64,000 nt of DNA from Bdellovibrionales bacterium. GTDB lineage: Bacteria; Bdellovibrionota; Bdellovibrionia; Bdellovibrionales; UBA1609. The notes beneath the pieces were generated by a model. That model ran no database searches, had not been told where the DNA came from, and saw only the letters and a program-made list of their open reading frames with translations. This document shows positions 1 through 9,324 of the stretch, piece after piece (within the stretch, counting starts at the first letter, position 1; every line of letters begins with the position of its first letter). The position numbers and the translations under genes were made by a program. Location: NCBI GenBank assembly GCA_965243065.1, contig CBDETO010000005.1, forward strand, positions 1,742,634 to 1,806,633, given 5' to 3'.

Positions 1-504
1 TTGTAATTGAGTCGAGGCTTGGGGGTGAAATTGAAGTCCCTTTATGTACTCGGCTAAAGCGGCTTTGAGTTGGTTTTTTTTTAAATAGGTTTTGGCTGTT
101 TGTGTATGCCTCCTGCTTATTTCCTCTTTCCAGTTTTGCTCTTCTGATTGATTTTTAAGATGGAGGGCTTTTTCGTAAACCTTACAGGCTTCTTTGTAGT
201 GCCCCAGTTCGTTAAGGACAATACTTAAATTGAGAAAATACTCAGGTCTCGCCTCTCTTCCACAGGCTTTTTGAAACTGAGTGAGGGCCTGCCCAAAAAA
301 GCCTTGATGGTATAAGGCCAAGCCTAGCAGGTGGTAGGCTTTGGCTTTTTTTTCCACCTCTAAAAGCCCTTTTTGTAAGATTGTTTGAGCGGCACTCCAC
401 TGCCTTTTTTCTAAAAGCTGGCTAGCCCTTAAACAGTAATCCTCGCCGGTTAAAAGTTTTTGCTTTCTTTTTGCTAGTTGGAAAGGTTCCATTATGTGCT
501 GCAT
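1..504 (-). CDS. Tetratricopeptide-repeat protein (3' end runs off the window)
   Basis: Manual translation from ATG at 504 (AGGAG RBS at 513-517 on the minus strand) is open to position 1: MQHIMEPF...AYHLLGLALYHQGFFGQALTQFQKA...YFLNLSIVLNELGHYKEACKVYEKAL, a typical TPR pattern. Not in the ORF track. Confidence 0.8.
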   Translation of the reverse strand, partial: MQHIMEPFQLAKRKQKLLTGEDYCLRASQLLEKRQWSAAQTILQKGLLEVEKKAKAYHLLGLALYHQGFFGQALTQFQKACGREARPEYFLNLSIVLNELGHYKEACKVYEKALHLKNQSEEQNWKEEISRRHTQTAKTYLKKNQLKAALAEYIKGLQFHPQASTQLQ

Positions 505-563
505 GTTCTTAACTCCTATGTCTGGAGAGCTTTTTACACCCGTCCGTCCCGCAAAAAGCACTG

Positions 564-602
564 TCATTTCCGCGAAGCTTGTCCTCGCGAAAGCGGGAAT
601 CC
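564..602. repeat. REP-like hairpin (family A)
   Basis: gtcatttccgcgaagcttgtcctcgcgaaagcgggaatcc matches the GTCATTCCCGC..GCGGGAATC consensus seen more than 10 times in the window. Confidence 0.8.
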
Positions 603-687
603 CCCTATTTCCACCTACGGGTGCAGTATATACTAATTTATATGTAAAGGATATAATGTATTGCGTTTTTATAGCTCTTTTATTGAG

Positions 688-898
688 AGGCTTGGCTGCT
701 TCTCGGAGGAAAGAACCGGGAAGTTACGGCAAAAGAAGACCCGCTGGTAAAAGTAGCTCTTCCTAAGAAAATAGGGGACAAAAGGCTCAGACAGACATGC
801 GGTTTGCCACAAACGGGAAAGCGGGGAATCTCGTTGCTCCTGGGCTCAAGGGCCTCACTCGCTGAAGTTACGGCAAAAGAAGACCTTCCTGGGATTTT
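688..898. repeat. Composite repeat cluster (family E, half family B, family E)
   Basis: gaagttacggcaaaagaagacc occurs twice (~720 and ~864). The segment between carries the family B core cagacatgcggtttgccaca. Confidence 0.7.
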
Positions 899-1776
899 AG
901 GCTTTTTAGTGAGGGCAGCTTGGATACATTCAAGGATTTTAAGCACTTAAACTTATCTTCTTCTTTAAAATAAGAACTGGTTTTTAGCTGAGCACAAAAG
1001 GAGAGGGCAGAGGGGTTGATTTTTTGTCCAGTTACAAATTTAAGGCAGGTCTTTTTATCATTATTTGGTTTTTCCGTCATCTGCTTGCAAAAGTTAGCCT
1101 CTGCTTTTTCTATTTGCTGGTCTGAGTTTTTATTTTTACGTCTAAGTTCCGATGGGGGGAGGAGAAAAGCATAATCTTTTATTAAATTCAGCATATAGGG
1201 CCTAGCCGAATGAGGCTTATTTTGATGGAGGTGAAAACGGGCGATCATCCATTGCTGTCGGGCTAAGAGGTAGAGCACTTCCTGCTTATATTTCTTTACA
1301 GCACTTTGGTAGATGCTGTTGGGAAAAAGCTTTAAGTGTTTGTTAAAATGCACCAGGGCTTTTTTAGAAAGGCTTAAATCTCTATCTTCCGTAAGAGGGA
1401 GTTGGTGAAAGTAAGAAAGAGAGAGATGAAACAGCACACGATCGGCTTGGGGATGAAGGGGATGGAGTTCCAAAAAATGACCATAAGTTCTGGTTGCTTT
1501 GTTCCACTCTTTTTGAGCAAAATAAATATCCGCTATCGCTAAATCAGCTTCTTTTACCAGGCGAGAGTAGAGAAAACGGGTTTTAAGTTGCTGGAAGTAA
1601 GTAAGAGCTTCTTTGTAGTAGAGCTTTTCTTTTAGCTTTGTGGCGTGTTGAAAAAGCTCTTTATCGGAAGGATTTTTTTTAAGGGAGTGTAAAGACTGGC
1701 AAGAAGTATTAAACAATAAAAAAACACCTATACCAAAACCAAAGGTTTTTAATTGGTGTGCTTTAATTAAATCCAT
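868..1776 (-). CDS. bamD: Outer membrane protein assembly lipoprotein BamD
   Basis: Lipobox-like FNTSC and BamD/YfiO TPR motifs (ADLAIADIYF, FLELHPLHPQAD, EDRDLS, IARFH). Carries a C-terminal extension. Confidence 0.85.
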   Translation of the reverse strand: MDLIKAHQLKTFGFGIGVFLLFNTSCQSLHSLKKNPSDKELFQHATKLKEKLYYKEALTYFQQLKTRFLYSRLVKEADLAIADIYFAQKEWNKATRTYGHFLELHPLHPQADRVLFHLSLSYFHQLPLTEDRDLSLSKKALVHFNKHLKLFPNSIYQSAVKKYKQEVLYLLARQQWMIARFHLHQNKPHSARPYMLNLIKDYAFLLPPSELRRKNKNSDQQIEKAEANFCKQMTEKPNNDKKTCLKFVTGQKINPSALSFCAQLKTSSYFKEEDKFKCLKSLNVSKLPSLKSLKSQEGLLLP

Positions 1777-1855
1777 GACGAACTCATCCTACAATAGTTT
1801 AAAACCAAAGCTTTTTAATTGGTCTGCTTTAAGTAAATCCATGAATTGCCTGCCC

Positions 1856-2260
1856 GTCCCGCAAAAGCGGGAATTTCGTAAATGAACGAGACCCCCGCTT
1901 CCGCGGGGGTGACAATACTCCCGTGGGGGGGTGACAATACTCCCGTGGGGAGGTGACAATACTCCCGTGGGGGGGGTGACAACACTTCCGCAAAAGCCCT
2001 GTCATTCCTGTATGTGTTCACTCATTCGCTGACAAAATCACTTCTTCAGTAGAGAATAGGAGTCAAAAAGCTCAAACATGCGGTTTGTCACAGAGCAACC
2101 TGTGGTTGCTCCTGTGTTCAAAGGCCTCACTCGCTTTTGCCCCCTATTCTCTACTGAAAAGCTTATCTCCCTGTCATTCCCACAAAGCTTGTCCCCGTGG
2201 AAACGGGGAGCGGGAATCTCGTTGCTCCTGTGTTCAAAGGCCTCACTCGCTTTTACCCAC
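1856..2260. repeat. Composite repeat cluster: REP hairpins, 22-bp tandem array, family B MITE, nested REP
   Basis: gtgacaatactcccgtgggggg units at 1909, 1931, 1953 and 1976. MITE inverted repeats at 2045-2060 and 2143-2158. Nested REP at 2172-2218. Confidence 0.85.
2045..2158. mobile_element. MITE-like element, family B
   Basis: Perfect 16-bp terminal inverted repeat TTCAGTAGAGAATAGG/CCTATTCTCTACTGAA, plus the conserved core shared with other copies. Confidence 0.7.
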
Positions 2261-2292
2261 TCTTCTGAAAGAAATCTATTACTTTAAGTGAG

Positions 2293-3735
2293 ATGGAACC
2301 GATTCCTAGTTTTGACTTTTTCTGCTTGGGAAGTCAATATCAAAAAATGGAAACAAAAACAGATCAAGCGGAGCAGCTCATTCAAGAATTATTAGACCTT
2401 TATGAAAAAGATTTACCTAAAAAATGGTCTATCACGGCTCCGCCCTCCCAGCCTAGGGAGGAGGAAAAAAAAACTTCCCAGGGGCTTTGTAGTCAAAAGG
2501 ATTTTTCTTTTTTTCTGCAACAAATAGAGAAGTCCCGAGGCCGTGCTCTGCTTTACCCTTATTTAGGTTCGGGACGAGGAAAAGGGGTCTATGTGGAGCT
2601 TTTAGATGGTTCTATTAAGATGGATCTGTTGGGGGGGGTGGGGGTGCAAATTTTAGGTCACGGACATAAGGAAATTCAGAGGGCCGCTTTAAGAGCAGCC
2701 CTTTCGGATGTGTTAATGCAGGGGCATTTATTGTTGAATCGGGAATATAAAGAACTCAGCTGTAAATTGCTCGATTTAGTTCCGAAGGAGTCTCGCTTAA
2801 AATATGTGTGGCTTAGTTCTTCAGGGAGTATGGCTAATGAAAACGCTCTTAAGATGGTGAGGCAAAAAAACAGTCCGCGAAGAAAGATATTGGCTTTTGA
2901 TCGCGCTTTTGCTGGTAGAACCACCTTGATGTCAGAAATAACAGGCAATCCCAAGGTAAAAGAGGGCTTGCCTTCTTATGATGAGGTGTTGAGGATTCCT
3001 TTTTATGATCCCAGGGACCCTGGTCGAAGTTTAAAAGTATTAAAGTCACATTTAAAAAGGGAAGGGGATAATATTGGTGCCTTTATTTTTGAAATTGTGG
3101 TGGGGGAGGGAGGATATAAAAGTGCTCCTAGAGAGTTTTTTGTCTCTCTTTTTGAAGAGTGCCGTCTATATAAAGTGGCTCTTTGGGCCGATGAAGTGCA
3201 AACTTTTTTAAGAACCGGCCGGTTTTTCGCATTTGAAAAGTGGGGCTTGTCTAAGTATATTGATCTTTGCACAGTGGGAAAGGCTTTACAGCTAGCAGCT
3301 ACTTTTTTTACGGAGGAGTATAAGCCGAAACCGGGTCTGGTCTCTGGCACCTTTAGTGCGACCACCCCGGCTTTAGCGGGGGGCTTGAGCATTTTGGAGA
3401 TTTTAGAGCAGGGGTATATGGGGGAGGATGGTTTTATTTCCCGTATTCAAGAAGATATAGTGAAGCTTTTTAAGGAACTGAAGGAAAAATCTCTTATAGA
3501 AGATTATGATGTGTTTGGTTTAATGGCCGCTTTTAGCTTACGGGATCCTTCCCTAAAAAGAACTCAAGCATTTTTAAAGCTGCTTTTTCAAAAGGGCGTG
3601 ATCGCCCTTTCTTGTGGAAGAACACGCGTGCGTGCGCGCTTTTTAATACCAGCTATTATTAAAACAGAGGAAATACAAGAATTGAAAACGGTATTGATAG
3701 ACACTCTTTCTGAGTTTTATACGAGTTCGATTTAA
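2293..3735 (+). CDS. astC: Class III PLP aminotransferase (succinylornithine/acetylornithine transaminase-like)
   Basis: SGSMANENALK, AFAGRT, WADEVQT and TVGKAL (PLP lysine) motifs. Adjacent to astA and astD. Start may be ATG 2347. Confidence 0.7.
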   Translation: MEPIPSFDFFCLGSQYQKMETKTDQAEQLIQELLDLYEKDLPKKWSITAPPSQPREEEKKTSQGLCSQKDFSFFLQQIEKSRGRALLYPYLGSGRGKGVYVELLDGSIKMDLLGGVGVQILGHGHKEIQRAALRAALSDVLMQGHLLLNREYKELSCKLLDLVPKESRLKYVWLSSSGSMANENALKMVRQKNSPRRKILAFDRAFAGRTTLMSEITGNPKVKEGLPSYDEVLRIPFYDPRDPGRSLKVLKSHLKREGDNIGAFIFEIVVGEGGYKSAPREFFVSLFEECRLYKVALWADEVQTFLRTGRFFAFEKWGLSKYIDLCTVGKALQLAATFFTEEYKPKPGLVSGTFSATTPALAGGLSILEILEQGYMGEDGFISRIQEDIVKLFKELKEKSLIEDYDVFGLMAAFSLRDPSLKRTQAFLKLLFQKGVIALSCGRTRVRARFLIPAIIKTEEIQELKTVLIDTLSEFYTSSI

Positions 3736-3789
3736 GATTTTTTTCTTATACCGGGCAGGAAGTTAAGAAAATGGCTTTTCGTTCATATA

Positions 3790-4047
3790 GATTCCCGTTT
3801 TTACAGGAATGACAGTCTATTATAGAGAAAGTTTGTTCATAGATTTTATTAAAGTTTGCCATCAAAACCTTTTGGGATTGTGTTAATAGTAAAGCTTCAG
3901 TAGAGAACAGGAGTTAAAAAGCTCACGGACATGCGTTTTGCCACAAATATGTCATTCCCGCGAAGCTTGTCCCCGTGGAAACGGGGAGCGGGAATCTCGT
4001 TGCTCCTGGGCTCAAGCTTCACGGGGACAAGCTTTACAGGAATGACA
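3790..4047. repeat. Composite repeat cluster (REP, family D, half family B, nested REP)
   Basis: attcccgtttttacaggaatgaca at 3791; cttcagtagagaacagg...gccacaaa at 3895-3947; nested REP at 3951-3996. Confidence 0.75.
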
Positions 4048-4067
4048 GCTTAATCGGAGAAATAGAG

Positions 4068-5207
4068 ATGAAGAAAAAACAAAAAGCTTCTATTTATGTG
4101 CCCACTTCTTTTGGAAGTTTTCTTATTCAGTCCGTCGGTTTTGGTGATTATTCTTCTTTGAGGAAGTTGGCTTTAAAGCATCCTCTTTTGAATTTACCGG
4201 CGGACCCGTCTCTTTTGAAAAAAAAAATTCAGATCAGCGAAGACTCCATTAAAGGAGTTTTGGAAAGAGAAAAAAGACAATTTCTTTTTGTGATAAAAAA
4301 AAACCCGGGGTCGTTGAGGGGGGAGGAAGGGGAACCCAATGGAGAAGTTATCGGCAGCTCTCAGATATCTTCTAAGTTCGGCACAAAAAAAGAGCCATTT
4401 TATTCTTTAAAAATTTTTTACCAGGAGGATGTTTTACAATTAAAGGTGGTGCAGGATGGGCCTTCTTATTTAGGAGGTCTCATTGTGGATGAGAAGTACA
4501 GGGGGCACCCGGAAAAAATAGGAAAGCAAATAAGTTTAATTCGGTTTTTATTTGTGGCTATACATAGAGAGTTTTTTGAAAACACTCTTCATGCCGAGGT
4601 GGCTCCTTTTTTGGATGAAAAAGGAAAAAATCCCTTTTATGAGCATTTTATTCATCCCCGCCTTTCTTTATCTATGTCGGAGATAGATTATCTCACTTTG
4701 ACCAATAAAGAGCGGCTTTTTTCTTCTTATCCTAGGGAGAAAATTTTACTTTCTTCTTTGCCGAAATCCGTTCGGGAGGGCTTGGGGAAACCAGGCTTAT
4801 TTAGTCAAAGAGCGGCTCGGCTTTTAACAAAACAAAATTTTTATTTTACAGGAGAGGTGGATCCTTTTGATGGAGGACCTTATCTGCAAGCTCAGACAAA
4901 AGATATTCCTTTGATTAAACATAGCCAAAAGGTTTTTTTTAACCCCGGGGGTTTTATATTTTCGGAGAAAGAGACGATGAGAAAAAATCAACCGAAGGAA
5001 TATCAAGAGACAAAAAAGTGGCTTTGGGCTAAAATGGAAAACGGACAGTTTACGGGAGGTGTTTGGGAGGCTCTTATATACCGAACAGATCAAGAAAAGG
5101 AGACTCTTAAAAAGGGGCCTTTCAAAATAACTCCCTCTTTTTTGAAACAGGCTCGTAAGTGGGGTATAAAAAAGGGAGATACTCTTTTTATCACTCCTTT
5201 TGAATAA
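4068..5207 (+). CDS. astA: Arginine N-succinyltransferase
   Basis: LNLPAD, LGGLIV..YRG, GKQISLIRFLF, NPFY and VDPFDGGP motifs of AstA. The ORF-track start at 3975 lies inside a REP, so ATG 4068 (after GGAG) is preferred. Confidence 0.85.
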   Translation: MKKKQKASIYVPTSFGSFLIQSVGFGDYSSLRKLALKHPLLNLPADPSLLKKKIQISEDSIKGVLEREKRQFLFVIKKNPGSLRGEEGEPNGEVIGSSQISSKFGTKKEPFYSLKIFYQEDVLQLKVVQDGPSYLGGLIVDEKYRGHPEKIGKQISLIRFLFVAIHREFFENTLHAEVAPFLDEKGKNPFYEHFIHPRLSLSMSEIDYLTLTNKERLFSSYPREKILLSSLPKSVREGLGKPGLFSQRAARLLTKQNFYFTGEVDPFDGGPYLQAQTKDIPLIKHSQKVFFNPGGFIFSEKETMRKNQPKEYQETKKWLWAKMENGQFTGGVWEALIYRTDQEKETLKKGPFKITPSFLKQARKWGIKKGDTLFITPFE

Positions 5208-5224
5208 GGGGGAAGGAGCTTATT

Positions 5225-6715
5225 TTGAAAAGTAAAGGGGATTATATTGCCGGAGATTTTATTAAGCCAGCCTTGGAGGGAACGGAGCATACTTTATTTA
5301 GTCCTGCGGACCTTAAGGATAAGGTGTTTTCTTTTTCTCCTTGTTTGGACCACATAGAACCGGCTTTAGAAGCGGCTTCTCGTGCCTATCCTTTATGGTC
5401 TTCTTTAAGTCAAGAGGAGCGAAATAGGTATCTTAAAAAGCTGGCTCATATCTATCGTGAAAAATCAGAGGAGATGGCGGTTCTTATCTCCCGGGAGGTG
5501 GGAAAACCGCTTTGGGAAAGCCAAATGGAGGCGCGGGCTTTATCTCAGAAAATAGAGATCACCTTAAGGGAGTCTTTACCTTTGGTGCAGGACACTTCTT
5601 TGTCTTCTTTAAAGAAGGGAGCTAAGGGGAAGATCACTTATAAATCCCGTGGGGTTTTTTTAGTATTGGGTCCTTTTAACTTTCCCGTGCATTTGCCCAA
5701 TGGCCATATTATTTCCGCTTTGGCTACGGGGAACACAGTGATCTTTAAAGCTTCGGATAAAAGCCCGGCGAGTGCGGAAAAACTGGCGGAGTGTTTTCAT
5801 TTGGCTGGTTTTCCAAAGGGGGTTTTTAATTTGATTCAAGGGGGCGGGGATATAGCTCAAAACCTGATGCGCTCTCCCTTATTGGATGGGCTGCTCTTTA
5901 CCGGTTCTTATGCTGTAGGAAAAAGCATTCAAAGATATATGGCAGATTGGCCGCAAAAAATACTGGCCCTGGAGATGGGGGGGAAAAATAGCTCCCTAGT
6001 TTGGAAAGACGCGGATATAAAAAACGCGGTTTATGAAGTGCTAAAAGGAGCTTATCTTACTTCAGGGCAAAGGTGCTCGGCTTGTTCTCGCTTGATTTTA
6101 CATAAGGAGATAAAAGAAAAATTTTTGGAAAGCTTTCTTTCCTTAAGTAAAAAGCTTAGTATTGGGCATTGGAGGGATAGTCCTTTTATGGGGCCGGTGA
6201 TTGATGAAAAGGCGGTTAAAAGGTGGGAGGCGGTTAAAAAAGAAGTGGAAAAAGAAAAAGCTAGATGGCTTATGCTTGGGGAGCACTTAAGTCATCTCAA
6301 TGGTCATTATGTGAGTCCTTCCCTGGTAGAGCCTAGGGAGTTCCTTTCTTCCTCTTTTTATCAAAATGAGGAGTTATTTCTTCCTTTTTTAGTTTTGTAT
6401 GTTGTGGAGGAGGAAGAAGAAGCGGTTTCATTGATAAATCAAGGTGGGTATGGGCTTTGTCTTTCTGTTTTTTCCCAAGAAGAGGAGTTGGCAAAAAGAA
6501 TTTTTCAGAACTCGAAGGTGGGGGTGTTTCACTGGAATTTAAGCACTAATGGAGCTAGTTCTCGTCTTCCTTTTGGGGGTTTAGGAAAATCCGGGAACGA
6601 CCGGCCCGCCGGGCTTTTTTCTGTTTATACTTGTACGACACCGGTCGCCTGGATGCAGAAAGATTTTTCAACAGAAGAGGACACTTTCTTTGATAAAAGA
6701 TTTTTTCAAGATTAA
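5225..6715 (+). CDS. astD: Succinylglutamate-semialdehyde dehydrogenase (aldehyde dehydrogenase family)
   Basis: GPFNFPVHLPNGH, FTGS, LEMGGKN, GQRCSA and PFGGLGKSGN motifs; ast gene context. Confidence 0.85.
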   Translation: MKSKGDYIAGDFIKPALEGTEHTLFSPADLKDKVFSFSPCLDHIEPALEAASRAYPLWSSLSQEERNRYLKKLAHIYREKSEEMAVLISREVGKPLWESQMEARALSQKIEITLRESLPLVQDTSLSSLKKGAKGKITYKSRGVFLVLGPFNFPVHLPNGHIISALATGNTVIFKASDKSPASAEKLAECFHLAGFPKGVFNLIQGGGDIAQNLMRSPLLDGLLFTGSYAVGKSIQRYMADWPQKILALEMGGKNSSLVWKDADIKNAVYEVLKGAYLTSGQRCSACSRLILHKEIKEKFLESFLSLSKKLSIGHWRDSPFMGPVIDEKAVKRWEAVKKEVEKEKARWLMLGEHLSHLNGHYVSPSLVEPREFLSSSFYQNEELFLPFLVLYVVEEEEEAVSLINQGGYGLCLSVFSQEEELAKRIFQNSKVGVFHWNLSTNGASSRLPFGGLGKSGNDRPAGLFSVYTCTTPVAWMQKDFSTEEDTFFDKRFFQD

Positions 6716-6791
6716 AAAGAAATACCGAATCGGTATATGGGAGAAGGACTTAAAGTTATGAAAAAATAGTCTCCCTTCAGGAGAGTGGGTT

Positions 6792-6906
6792 TTTCAGGAG
6801 AGAATAAGAGTCAAAGGGCTTCAGACATGCGGTTTGCCACAGAGCAACCTTTGGTTGCTCCTGTGTCAAATCCGAACTCGCTTTTAACTCTTATTCTCTC
6901 CTGAAA
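6792..6906. mobile_element. MITE-like element, family B
   Basis: Perfect 20-bp terminal inverted repeat (6792-6811 / 6887-6906) plus the conserved core. Confidence 0.75.
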
Positions 6907-7050
6907 TAAGCCTCTTTTTTAAAGAAAATTAGAAGATGCAGAGATGTGTTTTGCCACAAACGGGACGGCAAATCCTTGCCTTTCCATCCCTAATGAAAGC
7001 AGGGAATCTCGTTGCTCTGTGTTCAAGGGCTTAACAGAAGGAGTAACAGA

Positions 7051-8187
7051 ATGAAAAATATGGAAGCGGGTTGCTGCTCTGCGCTCAAGTGTCTAACTCA
7101 CTTTTGCACCAGGGGTGTTCTGGTGGTTTTTGGATTTTTTTTAGTAGCCCTGCTTTTTTTTTCAAGTCCTTCTTTTGCTTTAAAGGAACAAAAAGCCTTG
7201 GCTGCCACGGGAAACCACCAAAGTGGTTTCCAGGTGGAAAGTCATGGAAAAGTCACACCCGATGATGGGTATATTTTTATTAAAAAAGGAATGCCCGTGA
7301 GTGAAGTGGCAAAGACCTTAAAAGAAGCGGGACTCATAAAAAGTATTTTTTATTTTAAATTTTTAGCCTGGTTAAGTGGAAAGAGCACAAAGATAAAATC
7401 AGGGGAGTATGTTTTTAAAAAAGATAGTTCTAATTGGGATATACTTTCTACTCTGGTTAAGGGAGAGGTCTATCTTCACCCGGTGACCTTTCCTGAAGGA
7501 TATAATATTTATGAAATAGCTAAAACCTTGGCAGAAAAAAACCTCTTAAAAAGAGAGGACTTTATTTCTCTTTGTTATGATTCTGATTTTGTTTATCATC
7601 TTTTGGGTGAAAAGCGGGATTCTCTGGAGGGTTATCTTTTCCCTGATACCTATTATGTATCTCGTCCGGTTAATCCTAGAAGTTTAATCCGTAATATGGT
7701 GAGGGCTTTTTTAAGTGTATATAATAAATTCAGTCGGGCGGGTCGTTTGTCGGCGGGTTCAGGCTCTGTTCGTTTAAGCCGCCATGAGGCAGTTATTCTA
7801 GCTTCTATTGTGGAAAAAGAAACAGGTCAGGCTCAAGAAAGAAGCTTGATTGCTTCGGTTTTTTATAATCGCTTGCGAAAGAAAATGCGCTTGGAAAGTG
7901 ACCCTACGATTTTATACGGAATGATGAGGGAGGTAAGAGATTTAGTTCCCCTTAATATTAGAAAAAAAGATATTTTAAGGAAAACTCCTTATAATACCTA
8001 CCGCCTTTCTCGGTTCCCCGTTGGCCCTATTAGTAACCCCGGGGAGGAGGCTTTGAAGGCGGTTTTTAAACCCAAACAGTCGGATTTTTTATATTTTGTG
8101 AGCCGAAATGACGGCAGCCATGTCTTTTCCAAAACTTATAAGGAACATAAAAAAGCGGTGGATTATTATCAAAGAGGTTTAAGATAG
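7051..8187 (+). CDS. mltG: Endolytic transglycosylase MltG (YceG family)
   Basis: VTFPEG, LEGYLFPDTY, LASIVEKET, ESDPT, PYNTY and GPISNPG motifs. AAGGAG RBS before ATG 7051. Confidence 0.92.
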   Translation: MKNMEAGCCSALKCLTHFCTRGVLVVFGFFLVALLFFSSPSFALKEQKALAATGNHQSGFQVESHGKVTPDDGYIFIKKGMPVSEVAKTLKEAGLIKSIFYFKFLAWLSGKSTKIKSGEYVFKKDSSNWDILSTLVKGEVYLHPVTFPEGYNIYEIAKTLAEKNLLKREDFISLCYDSDFVYHLLGEKRDSLEGYLFPDTYYVSRPVNPRSLIRNMVRAFLSVYNKFSRAGRLSAGSGSVRLSRHEAVILASIVEKETGQAQERSLIASVFYNRLRKKMRLESDPTILYGMMREVRDLVPLNIRKKDILRKTPYNTYRLSRFPVGPISNPGEEALKAVFKPKQSDFLYFVSRNDGSHVFSKTYKEHKKAVDYYQRGLR

Positions 8188-8197
8188 AGGGCCAATC

Positions 8198-8470
8198 TGT
8201 CATCAATTTTACTGGAGTTGGCCAATAAAAATCCCTTGGGTTTCCTCAGGAGAGAATAGTGGTTTAAAAGGCTCAGACATGCGTTTTGCCACAGAGCAAC
8301 CTTCGGTTGCTCGTATGTCAAATCCGAACTCGCTTTTAATCCCTATTCTCTCCTGAGGCTTTTCATTGGGTTTAAGAAGAGATAAATTTGTCATCAATTT
8401 TACTGGAGTTGGCCAATAAACATCCCTTGGTTACAGAGCAATGAGATTCCCGCTTTCGCGGGAATGACAG
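8198..8470. repeat. 42-bp direct repeats (family D) flanking a family B MITE, followed by a REP
   Basis: 8198-8239 matches 8389-8430 with one mismatch. MITE at 8244-8358 with 16-bp inverted repeats. REP at 8446-8469. Confidence 0.8.
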
Positions 8471-8485
8471 GCTAAAGCTCGCCAA

Positions 8486-9307
8486 TTAAATCCCATTGGC
8501 TTTGGTGGGGTCAAAAAAATCTCTTAAACCGTCTCCTAACATCTGAAAGCTTAAAACCAAAAAAAATAAAGCCAGCCCCGGAAAAAGGCTTAAGTGAGGG
8601 GCTTCTCCTAAAGCGTGCCGGCCTGAACTTAAAAGACGGCCCCAGCTAGGGATCTCCGGCGGCACTCCCAAACCTAAAAAACTTAAACCCGCTTCGGCTA
8701 TCACCACACCTACTAAGGAAAAAGCGGCTTGCACCAATAAAAGCCCTAAAAGGTTGGGCCAAATATAAAAAACCAAAGCTCTTATGGAACTAGCTCCATA
8801 AGACAAAGCACTTAAAACATACTCTTCTTTCTTTAGATGTAAAACTTCTGCCCGTACTAAACGGGCAAAGCCCGCCCACCCGGAAAGACAAAGAGCTAAA
8901 ATCAAATTAAACACACTGGTACCTAGCATAGCTAAAAGAGCTAAAGCCAACAAAAAACGGGGAAAAGCGGAAACCATATCCACCAAACGCATTAAAACTT
9001 GATCTACAACCGGGCCGAACCAAGCGGATATAGAACCCACAATCAAGCCCACTAAAAGGCTAATAAGCACCACCTGTCCTGACACCCATAGAGAGATCCG
9101 CGCTCCGTAAAGCACCTGGGAGAGCACATCCATTCCGTTTTCGTCCAAACCAAAAGGGTGTTCTAGGCTGGGGGCTTCTAGCAAACGGGATAAGTTCATA
9201 GCTAAAGGGTCATAAGGACGAATAAGAGGGGCCAATAGGGCAAAAAGAAAAAGTAAGCACAAACTACTTAAGCCTATAATAATTTTAATATTTCTTTTTT
9301 TTCTCAC
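8486..9307 (-). CDS. dppC: Peptide/nickel ABC transporter permease (DppC/OppC family)
   Basis: HPFGLDENGMD, YGARISL, EAA-like loop and LSFLGLG..PSWG motifs. Confidence 0.88.
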   Translation of the reverse strand: MRKKRNIKIIIGLSSLCLLFLFALLAPLIRPYDPLAMNLSRLLEAPSLEHPFGLDENGMDVLSQVLYGARISLWVSGQVVLISLLVGLIVGSISAWFGPVVDQVLMRLVDMVSAFPRFLLALALLAMLGTSVFNLILALCLSGWAGFARLVRAEVLHLKKEEYVLSALSYGASSIRALVFYIWPNLLGLLLVQAAFSLVGVVIAEAGLSFLGLGVPPEIPSWGRLLSSGRHALGEAPHLSLFPGLALFFLVLSFQMLGDGLRDFFDPTKANGI

Positions 9308-9324
9308 GAATGGAGCCTCTCCTT

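Noticed and set aside
494-946. ORFs 494-766 and 680-946
   Set aside because: They overlap repeat clusters and real genes, with no recognisable protein features.
1815-2291. Short ORFs 1815-2021, 2078-2287 and 2085-2291
   Set aside because: They are translations of REP/MITE DNA, and the same peptides recur at other repeat clusters.
3975-4067. N-terminal extension of AstA in the ORF track
   Set aside because: The GTG lies within a nested REP; ATG 4068 has an RBS and fits the family.
5077-5168. Possible family C copy in astA (YRTDQE...KWGI)
   Set aside because: Only the left end resembles the element, and the distal part fits the native AstA C-terminus, so support is insufficient.
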